From assembly GCA_942493095.1 (NCBI GenBank), contig OW818675.1:210001-242000 (forward strand): DNA of 32,000 nt, in the 5' to 3' direction. The DNA is from Candidatus Electronema halotolerans (lineage in GTDB: Bacteria; Desulfobacterota; Desulfobulbia; Desulfobulbales; Desulfobulbaceae). Made by a program: the position numbers and the translations under genes. Positions 25,720 through 32,000 of this stretch are shown piece after piece. The notes below the pieces were generated by a model. The model did no database searches, was not told the DNA's origin, and worked only from the letters and a program-made list of their open reading frames with translations. Within the stretch, counting starts at the first letter, position 1; the number at the start of each line of letters is the position of its first letter.

Positions 25720-27582
25720 ATGAAATTCAGCCGACGGCAGCGCAAACCTATCTCTCGCATCACTGCCATCATCCTGCACGACATCGCCGCTGCTTTTTTT
25801 GCATGGCTGGGTGCCTACTGGCTGCGTTTAAACCTGTCCCTGCCGCCCCAATATCTTGGCGATGCGCTCACCACCCTGACTTGGGTGCTGCCTCTGCAAA
25901 CAGCAGTTTTTTTCCGTTTCGGTCTCTACAAAGGTGTCTGGCGTTTCGCCAGTTTGCCTGATCTGAAACGGATTTCCTCGGCTGTCTTGTTGACGGCATT
26001 GCTTATCCCGATTTTTCTCTATCTGTTCAGAATAAATGCAGTTGTTCCTCGCGCAGTGTTGCTGTTAGACCCGCTTCTCCTGATTATTATCATGGGCGGC
26101 AGCCGCTTGTCGTATCGAGTATGGAAGGAGCAGCAGCTAACCAGCGCATTCCGGCCTGAAAGCAAGCCGGTCTTGGTGGCTGGTTCCGGCGAAACAGCAG
26201 ATTATCTGCTCCGTGAATTGTCCCATCATCCAACCGGCTTTCATGCTGTGGGCCTGCTGGATGACAGCCCGGATAAGCAGGGGCGGCAGGTTCTGGGTGT
26301 GCCGGTGCTGGGCAAAATGAACGAGACCGTGCTGTGGGCGGAAAAAATGGGTGTTGACGATATCGTACTGGCTCTGCCCAGAGTTGAGCACAGTGTGCGC
26401 CGCCGCATAACCCAAGCCTGCGCTGAGGCCGGATTGAATGTCCTGACCGTGCCGCCGCTGGAAGATTTGGTTGCAGGCCGGGTGACAGTTTCCAATCTGC
26501 GTCGGATTGAATTAGACGATCTGCTGGGCCGTGATCCCGTGCAATTGGACAACAGCGGCCTGAGTAATCTTTTGACTGAAAAAACCGTTCTGGTGACTGG
26601 CGCGGGCGGCTCCATCGGCTCAGAGCTGTGTCGGCAGATTGCCCGCTTTACTCCGAGCAAGTTGGTGCTGGTTGAGCAGTCGGAATTAGCTCTATATGCA
26701 ATGGAGCAGGAATTGCCGCAGCATTTTCCTGAACTGCGGATTGCGCCGGTGATCGGCGATGTGAAAAATGCGGCCCGGATGAATCAGATCATGGCGGAAC
26801 ATCGTCCGGCAGTTATTTTTCATGCTGCCGCGTACAAGCATGTGCCGCTGATGGAGAACAGCAATGCGTGGGAGGCGGTGCGCAACAACGTGCTTGGCAC
26901 ACAGACGACAGCGGCGGCGGCCAAGGCGCATGGCACAGGCAAGTTTGTCATGATTTCCACAGACAAGGCGGTTAATCCGACCAATGTCATGGGCGCGACC
27001 AAGCGGCTGGCTGAGATGGTTTGCCAAGCCTTGCAGGAGGAGGGCGGCACCCAGTTCATCTCTGTCCGCTTTGGCAATGTTCTCGGCTCCTCTGGCAGCG
27101 TGATTCCCAAGTTCCAGAAGCAGTTGGAAGCAGGCGGGCCGCTGACCGTGACTCATCCTGAAATCACCCGTTATTTCATGTCCATCCCAGAGGCAGCCCA
27201 GCTCGTCCTGCAAGCCGGTCTGATGGGCCAAGGCGGGGAAATTTTTGTCCTTGATATGGGCGAGCCAATCAAAATCGCTGAATTGGCAAAACTGATGATC
27301 ACCCTGTCCGGCGAGGATGAAGAAAGCATCCGTATCGAATACACTGGCCTGCGTCCAGGTGAAAAGTTGTACGAGGAGTTGCTGGCTGATGACGAATCCA
27401 CCCTGCCCACGCCGCACCCCAAGCTGCGGGTGGCTAAGGCACGCCCTGCTGACATGAGCTGGCACACTGAGTGCCTGACATGGATGACCTTGCCCGGCCT
27501 GCACGATGAAATGGAAATAAAACGCCAACTCAAAATCTGGGTGCCGGAATATCAGCCGGATTTGAATGGTTCCGCAGGCTGA
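25720..27582 (+). CDS. capD: Membrane-anchored CapD/WbpM/PglF-type UDP-GlcNAc 4,6-dehydratase
   Basis: N-terminal hydrophobic helices are followed by VLVTGAGGSIGSEL and STDKAVNPTNVMGATKRLAE. I prefer ATG 25720 (MKFSRRQRK...) over the track's TTG 25648. Confidence 0.9.
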   Translation: MKFSRRQRKPISRITAIILHDIAAAFFAWLGAYWLRLNLSLPPQYLGDALTTLTWVLPLQTAVFFRFGLYKGVWRFASLPDLKRISSAVLLTALLIPIFLYLFRINAVVPRAVLLLDPLLLIIIMGGSRLSYRVWKEQQLTSAFRPESKPVLVAGSGETADYLLRELSHHPTGFHAVGLLDDSPDKQGRQVLGVPVLGKMNETVLWAEKMGVDDIVLALPRVEHSVRRRITQACAEAGLNVLTVPPLEDLVAGRVTVSNLRRIELDDLLGRDPVQLDNSGLSNLLTEKTVLVTGAGGSIGSELCRQIARFTPSKLVLVEQSELALYAMEQELPQHFPELRIAPVIGDVKNAARMNQIMAEHRPAVIFHAAAYKHVPLMENSNAWEAVRNNVLGTQTTAAAAKAHGTGKFVMISTDKAVNPTNVMGATKRLAEMVCQALQEEGGTQFISVRFGNVLGSSGSVIPKFQKQLEAGGPLTVTHPEITRYFMSIPEAAQLVLQAGLMGQGGEIFVLDMGEPIKIAELAKLMITLSGEDEESIRIEYTGLRPGEKLYEELLADDESTLPTPHPKLRVAKARPADMSWHTECLTWMTLPGLHDEMEIKRQLKIWVPEYQPDLNGSAG

Positions 27583-27658
27583 TGAGGCGGTCTCAAAGCG
27601 GTTGAGCGGAGTCAAAACCGCCGACCTTCCTCTTTGCTCAGGCAGCTAATTTTTGCTG

Positions 27659-28807
27659 ATGAAAGTCCTTTTTTTTGCAACATTCGATGGATTTCTCAGC
27701 AAATTCTGTCTTCCCCTTGCTCGTTCATTACGAGATCGGCATATTGAAGTTGTCCTGATGTCACCGCCCGGTGATTATGTTTCCCATTTCAAAGAGGAAG
27801 GGTTCAGATGGCTGCCGCTGCCCATGAAGCGATCCAGTCTGAATCCGCTGCGCGAGCTTTTTGTGCTGCATTCTCTTTACGCTGCCTGCCGACAGGAAGC
27901 CCCTGCTGCTGTGCATAGTTTCACTGTCAAGGCTGTTATTTATGGCGGAATGGCAGCTCAGGCAGCAAGAGTGAAAAAAAGAATACATGCTGTCACCGGC
28001 ATGGGCTATGTGTTCAGCAGCTCTTCGTGCAGAGCCAGTCTTCTGCGTCCCGCAGTCAAGGCATTGCTCAGGCTGGCATTGCGGGGTAAGGAGAGCCTTC
28101 TGATAGTCCAGAATCCTGATGACAGGCAGTTGTTCATTGACAGCAAGTTAATTTCGCCGAGCAATATCCATCTGATCAGGGCATCAGGCTCAGGTGTGGA
28201 TGCTGATTATTTCAAACCTGCGCGGCAGCAGCGCAGCGGCAAATTTAAAGTCTTGCTGGCGGCCCGACTGCTGCGGGAAAAAGGTGTCAAAGTATATGCG
28301 GAAGCAGCCGCCTTGCTGGCGCATCGGGCCGAACAAGTGGAGTTTCTGCTTGCAGGCGCGCCTGATTATGGCAATCCCGGTTCGCTCACCAATGCTGAAA
28401 TAAAGGAGATTGAGCAGGCCGGTCACGTCACTGTGCTGGGGCATGTTGCTGACATGCGTCGGCTGCTGAACGAGGTTGATCTCTTTGTCCTGCCCAGTTA
28501 TTACAGGGAAGGAGTGCCGCAGGTTCTGCTGGAAGCGGCTTCCATGTCTCTGCCGCTCATAACCACAGATGCGCCGGGATGCCGAGAAACAGTGGATGAG
28601 GGAATTAACGGTTTTTTGGTGCCAGTGCGGAATGCGGTGGCAGTTGCTGAAAAAATTGAATATTTGCTTGATCATCCTGAACTGTGCCTTGCCTTTGGCA
28701 AAGCTGGCAGAGAAAAAGTGCTGCAAGAGTTTGATCAGAGAATTATTCTTCGGCAGACACTGGAAGTGTATCGTTCTTTGGAATTGACTTGCAATGAGCA
28801 TTCCTAA
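27659..28807 (+). CDS. GT4-family glycosyltransferase (paralog of 18250-19389)
   Basis: It contains YREGVPQVLLEAASMSLPLITTDAPGCRETVDEGINGFLVPV. I prefer ATG 27659 over the track's TTG 27653. Confidence 0.85.
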   Translation: MKVLFFATFDGFLSKFCLPLARSLRDRHIEVVLMSPPGDYVSHFKEEGFRWLPLPMKRSSLNPLRELFVLHSLYAACRQEAPAAVHSFTVKAVIYGGMAAQAARVKKRIHAVTGMGYVFSSSSCRASLLRPAVKALLRLALRGKESLLIVQNPDDRQLFIDSKLISPSNIHLIRASGSGVDADYFKPARQQRSGKFKVLLAARLLREKGVKVYAEAAALLAHRAEQVEFLLAGAPDYGNPGSLTNAEIKEIEQAGHVTVLGHVADMRRLLNEVDLFVLPSYYREGVPQVLLEAASMSLPLITTDAPGCRETVDEGINGFLVPVRNAVAVAEKIEYLLDHPELCLAFGKAGREKVLQEFDQRIILRQTLEVYRSLELTCNEHS

Positions 28808-29918
28808 TCTGCACCCTGAAACTGCCGACCTGCTGCGCCGAGTATTCAGCGGACAAGCCACGCTTTGGCCTGCTGATTTGTCGGCAGAGGTCTTTTTCCA
28901 AGAAACCGCCGGGCAGGGCATGGCACCGCTGCTATTTCGCAGAATCAGCAAGCAAAATTGCTCTGACTGGTCATCCGACTTGCTGGCCCGCTTAAAAGAA
29001 ACCGCCCTGCGTCAAGCAGCAGCGGAAATGCTCTTGGAAGCTGATCTCCGTACCCTGCTGCAAGCCTTTGCTCAAGCAGGAATCCAGCCGCTGCTGCTCA
29101 AAGGCACGGCTTTGGCCTACAATCTCTATCCTGAACCGTGGCTGCGGCCCCGCTGCGACACGGATTTGCTCGTTGCCGAAGCTGAACGGGAAAAGGCGGC
29201 AGCCTTGCTGCAAGGCATGGGATACGCGCCATTGCTTGAGGAGAACATGGACTATGTCAGCGCGCAAAAGAGCTATTCCAAAACCGGGCCGGGCATCCGC
29301 TTCAGCTATGACCTGCACTGGCAGATCAGCAATACCAACCGCCAATTCAGCCGCAGCTTTGCTGATGAGCACCTCATTGCCGCCGCAGTCCCTGTTCCAG
29401 CTTTGGGCGAACACGCCCGGACATTGAGCAAGATTGACAGCCTGCTCTACGCCTGTTTTCATCGGGCCGGGCATTTTTCCCACAGCGGCGACCGGCTGAT
29501 CTGGCTGCATGACATCCATCTGCTCTGCCAATCGCTGACTGATGAAGAAGCCAAGACATTCTGCGCCAAGGCAAAGCGGCTGGAAATAACAGCCTTGTGC
29601 GCTGATGCAATTGCCGTGACCAAATCGTGGTTCAATACAGAATTATCAGCGCGGCTGGCGGCTCTGACGCAGGAAAAAACAGATAAGGAAACCTTTGCCT
29701 CACTGCTCAAGCCGGGCGGCAGACAGGTCGGCATCAAACATCACGCCCTGCTGGAACTGAAAGCACTGCCCACATGGCGAGAACGCAGCCGTTTTCTCTT
29801 CCAGAATGCCTTTCCGCCGCCGGAATTCATGCGCTGGCGATACAACGAGACATCGCCCCTGCCGCTTCTCTACCTCAAACGTTTCGCCGAAGCAGTGTAT
29901 ATTTTTCTGAAAAGATAG
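28794..29918 (+). CDS. Uncharacterised nucleotidyltransferase-family protein (NTP_transf_5-like)
   Basis: The 374-aa ORF has LLLKGTALAYNLYPEPWLRPRCDTDLLV followed by YDLHWQIS. This resembles the Pfam 'uncharacterised nucleotidyltransferase' family as I recall it. The gene overlaps the upstream GT4 by 14 nt. Confidence 0.65.
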   Translation: MSIPNLHPETADLLRRVFSGQATLWPADLSAEVFFQETAGQGMAPLLFRRISKQNCSDWSSDLLARLKETALRQAAAEMLLEADLRTLLQAFAQAGIQPLLLKGTALAYNLYPEPWLRPRCDTDLLVAEAEREKAAALLQGMGYAPLLEENMDYVSAQKSYSKTGPGIRFSYDLHWQISNTNRQFSRSFADEHLIAAAVPVPALGEHARTLSKIDSLLYACFHRAGHFSHSGDRLIWLHDIHLLCQSLTDEEAKTFCAKAKRLEITALCADAIAVTKSWFNTELSARLAALTQEKTDKETFASLLKPGGRQVGIKHHALLELKALPTWRERSRFLFQNAFPPPEFMRWRYNETSPLPLLYLKRFAEAVYIFLKR

Positions 29919-29925
29919 ACCTCGT

Positions 29926-29976
29926 CTGAGTAGGGGCGAAAAATTTTTCGCCCCTACTCAGCCATACCCTTTTTTT
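29926..29976 (+). terminator. Rho-independent-type terminator closing the polysaccharide operon
   Basis: A perfect 36-nt palindrome CTGAGTAGGGGCGAAAAA/TTTTTCGCCCCTACTCAG lies at 29926-29961, starting 8 nt after the stop codon. T7 follows at 29970-29976 after an 8-nt spacer. Confidence 0.7.
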
Positions 29977-29987
29977 CCCGCAGCAGG

Positions 29988-29993
29988 TATAAT
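29988..29993 (+). promoter_or_regulatory. Consensus -10 hexamer TATAAT upstream of trpA
   Basis: TATAAT lies 45 nt upstream of ATG 30038, directly after the terminator. I found no good -35 at 17-nt spacing. Confidence 0.25.
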
Positions 29994-30037
29994 GGACGGA
30001 CTGTTTTCTGATTTTCCTTTTTAACAAGACCAAGATT

Positions 30038-30811
30038 ATGAATTTGCAGCAGGATTTGCAGCAGCGGCTGCGGCAGAAGCCCGTTCTTCTCATGACCCAT
30101 CTGGTGCTCGGCTATCCTTCGCTGGCCGTCAACCGCGAAGTCATTCAGCAGATGGCGGAGAACGGCGTTGATTGCATTGAACTTCAGATTCCTTTTTCTG
30201 AGCCAATGGCGGACGGGCCGGTGATTCTCAAGGCCAATCAGGACGCGCTGGCCGCAGGCATCAAGGTGCGGGACTGCCTTGCCTTTGCCGCTGAGATGGC
30301 GCAGGCGTTTCCGCAGGTCAATTTTCTCTTCATGACCTATTGCAACATCGCCTTCCGCTATGGCATGGCTAAGTTTATTCGGCAGGCGGCAAAGATCGGC
30401 ATAAAGGGCTGCATCATTCCCGACCTGCCGCCGGAAGAGGGCGAGGACTATCTGCGCCTGACCAAGGAGAACGGTTTGGCTGCTGTCATGTTCTTCACGC
30501 CGACCTCGACAGATGCGCGGATGGCCGAAACAGCAGGGCAGGGCGGCGGCTTCATCTACTGCGTGGCCCGCAAAGGCGTGACTGGCCAGCGCACTGAGAT
30601 GGACAGCAGCCTTACCGCCTATCTGAGCCGTTGCCGCAAGGCCACTGATTTGCCCTTGGCAGTCGGTTTCGGCATTGCCAGCCGCGAAGACGTGGCCATG
30701 CTGGAGGGCAGAGCGGACATGGCCGTGATCGGTACGGCCACGATCAAATTGGTTGATCGGGAAGGCCCGTTCGCCGTCGGGCCGTTCATCCGCTCCTTAG
30801 CTGGAGCCTGA
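30038..30811 (+). CDS. trpA: Tryptophan synthase alpha subunit
   Basis: VDCIELQIPFSEPMADGPVI carries the catalytic Glu and Asp. GFIYCVARKGVTGQ and LAVGFGI are also present, and the 257-aa length fits. Confidence 0.92.
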   Translation: MNLQQDLQQRLRQKPVLLMTHLVLGYPSLAVNREVIQQMAENGVDCIELQIPFSEPMADGPVILKANQDALAAGIKVRDCLAFAAEMAQAFPQVNFLFMTYCNIAFRYGMAKFIRQAAKIGIKGCIIPDLPPEEGEDYLRLTKENGLAAVMFFTPTSTDARMAETAGQGGGFIYCVARKGVTGQRTEMDSSLTAYLSRCRKATDLPLAVGFGIASREDVAMLEGRADMAVIGTATIKLVDREGPFAVGPFIRSLAGA

Positions 30812-30823
30812 GCCTGATCGTCC

Positions 30824-31681
30824 ATGTTGGAGAAAATCAGCACCATGCTTGAAATGATCAAGTTCAAGCATACGGTCTTTGCCATGCCCTTTGCCCTGAC
30901 CGGGACCTTTCTCGCTGTCCGGGGCATTCCCTCGCTCTGGGTCTTCTTCTGGGTGATCATGGCCATGATTGGGGCGCGCACTGCGGCCATGACCTTCAAC
31001 CGCATTGTTGATCGTCGTTTTGATGCAGCCAATCCCCGCACCAGCCAGCGGGCTATTCCGACAGGACAGGTTTCTTTGAGCGAATCTTGGCTCTTGGTTG
31101 CCGCCTCCTCAGCCCTGTTCTTTCTCGCCTGCTGGATGCTCAACAGCTTGGCTTTGCAGATAGCCCCCTTTGCCTTGGCCCTGACCTTTTTCTATTCGCT
31201 GACCAAACGCTTCACGTGGCTCTGTCACGTGGTGCTCGGCATAGCCTTGGCCTTTTCACCATTGGGCGGCTGGGTCGCAGCCGCAGGCAGTCTGAGCGGC
31301 TATCCGTGGCTGCTGTCGCTCGGCGTGCTCTTCTGGGTCGCAGGTTTTGATGTGGTTTATGCCACCCAAGATGCGGAATTTGACCGGCAGGCTGGGCTGT
31401 ATTCCATGCCTGCCTCGCTGGGCCGGAAAAACGCTTTCCGGCTGGCAATCACCTTCCATGCCCTCGCCTTTATCCTCTTCACCCTGACCGGCCTGCATCA
31501 GCAGCTTAATTTTATTTATTATCTCGGCATTACCCTGACCGGGACTGCCCTGTTCTACCAGCACCTGATCGTCAATCCCAGAGACTTGTCCAATATTCAA
31601 GTGTCCTTTTTCTCCATGAATGGCTTCATCTCCCTGACCCTGTTCATTGCGGTCTGCCTGTCCCTGCTGCTGGCGGGCTGA
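30824..31681 (+). CDS. UbiA-family aromatic polyprenyltransferase (4-hydroxybenzoate prenyltransferase-like / possibly MqnP-type)
   Basis: NRIVDRRFDAANPRTSQRAIPTG is the first Asp-rich motif and YATQDAEFDRQAGLYS is the second. About 8-9 transmembrane segments are present. Confidence 0.85.
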   Translation: MLEKISTMLEMIKFKHTVFAMPFALTGTFLAVRGIPSLWVFFWVIMAMIGARTAAMTFNRIVDRRFDAANPRTSQRAIPTGQVSLSESWLLVAASSALFFLACWMLNSLALQIAPFALALTFFYSLTKRFTWLCHVVLGIALAFSPLGGWVAAAGSLSGYPWLLSLGVLFWVAGFDVVYATQDAEFDRQAGLYSMPASLGRKNAFRLAITFHALAFILFTLTGLHQQLNFIYYLGITLTGTALFYQHLIVNPRDLSNIQVSFFSMNGFISLTLFIAVCLSLLLAG

Positions 31682-31801
31682 ACCCTCATCGCCGGGCAGA
31701 ACTTGGCCGGTCAGGCCTTCTTCATATCTTCCCTTGAAAGTCTGCTCAATATAGGATAGGCTTGACAAAATTTTATTGAAACAGTCCAGCGACGCAAAAA
31801 G

Positions 31802-32000
31802 ATGAAACCTGATTTTCTTGAATATGTTCATAACCATGTGGTGCTGGGTGACGGTGCCCTTGGTTCCTATCTCTTTGAGCAGGGCGTGGAGCGGGGCCGC
31901 AATCTGGACCTGCTCAATCTGCAAGCCCCGGAAACCGTGCTGGCCGCTCACGAGGAATACATTCGGGCTGGCAGCCAGCTCATTGAGAGCAACACCTTTG
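31802..32000 (+). CDS. Homocysteine S-methyltransferase-domain protein, N-terminal fragment (MetH or bifunctional HMT/MTHFR type), continues past the window end
   Basis: Hand translation gives MKPDFLEYVHNHVVLGDGALGSYLFEQGVERGRNLDLLNLQAPETVLAAHEEYIRAGSQLIESNTF. The GDGA(L/M)GT-like motif and the H..Y..AG...ETNTF-like motif are typical of the S-methyl_trans domain. Confidence 0.75.
   Translation, partial: MKPDFLEYVHNHVVLGDGALGSYLFEQGVERGRNLDLLNLQAPETVLAAHEEYIRAGSQLIESNTF

Noticed and set aside
27583-27652. Nested hairpin (GGCGGT...ACCGCC enclosing CTCAA...TTGAG) after capD as an internal terminator
   Set aside because: The stems are short, no T-run follows, and the next gene starts about 50 nt later in the same orientation. 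It is more likely a weak structure or an attenuating pause than a terminator.
26241-28951. Antisense ORFs 26241..26660, 26692..27615 and 28190..28951 (-), up to 307 aa
   Set aside because: They lie opposite the clearly identified capD and GT4 genes in the most GC-rich part of the window. They are shadow ORFs.
29954-29964. The 11-mer CTACTCAGCCA is shared between the operon terminator stem and the left arm of the 17-bp inverted repeat (12339-12349), hinting at a REP-like repeat family
   Set aside because: Many chance 11-mer matches are expected between both strands of a 32-kb window, and the similarity does not extend beyond the 11 nt. It is worth a genome-wide k-mer check but is not supportable from this window alone.
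31256-31951. 231-aa minus-strand ORF spanning the ubiA 3' end and the next gene's start
   Set aside because: It overlaps two + strand genes with clear family motifs and crosses their intergenic region. It has no motifs of its own.
1-32000. Scan for CRISPR repeats, tRNA/rRNA, transposase/integrase genes, reverse transcriptases and prophage genes
   Set aside because: I saw no regularly spaced direct repeats, no tRNA-like T-arm or acceptor patterns, and no ORF with transposase, integrase or RT motifs. The only mobile-element-like signals are the Rpn-family gene and the 17-bp inverted repeat, both reported above.

Overview
About 26.7 kb of this window (3197-29918) is one 24-gene Wzx/Wzy-type surface-polysaccharide locus (O-antigen/EPS-like), entirely on the + strand. 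Its ends are GC-rich, conserved-type genes: wecB on the 5' side, and a CapD/WbpM-type dehydratase, a GT4 and a nucleotidyltransferase-family gene on the 3' side. The core is a strongly AT-rich, compositionally patchy set of sugar-modification genes, six glycosyltransferases, a flippase, a polymerase and a WbpL/WecA-type initiating transferase. Many genes are translationally coupled through ATGA overlaps. Upstream (1-3139) lie a lipoprotein N-terminus and a C_GCAxxG_C_C gene on the - strand, then two tandem MNT/HEPN (MntA/HepT-like) toxin-antitoxin modules, the first apparently decayed, and an Rpn-family PD-(D/E)xK nuclease gene. Downstream, a strong hairpin terminator is followed by housekeeping genes: trpA, a UbiA-family prenyltransferase, and the start of a homocysteine S-methyltransferase-domain gene. 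I saw no rRNA, tRNA, CRISPR array, transposase or integrase. The best candidates for new biology are inside the polysaccharide locus. (a) An aminotransferase is translationally coupled to an ATP-grasp ligase where an N-acetyltransferase would be expected. (b) A five-gene cassette sits between the initiating transferase and capD; it holds a GlmU paralog with a degenerate nucleotidyltransferase signature, an oxidoreductase, an FdtA-like cupin, a TylC3-type sugar C-methyltransferase and a PIG-L deacetylase, and together with an orphan gmd it suggests a branched or otherwise unusual sugar. (c) There is a truncated epimerase at a compositional junction. (d) A MITE-like 17-bp perfect inverted repeat lies in the only large intergenic gap. 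All functional calls come from motif recognition by eye, not from database searches.
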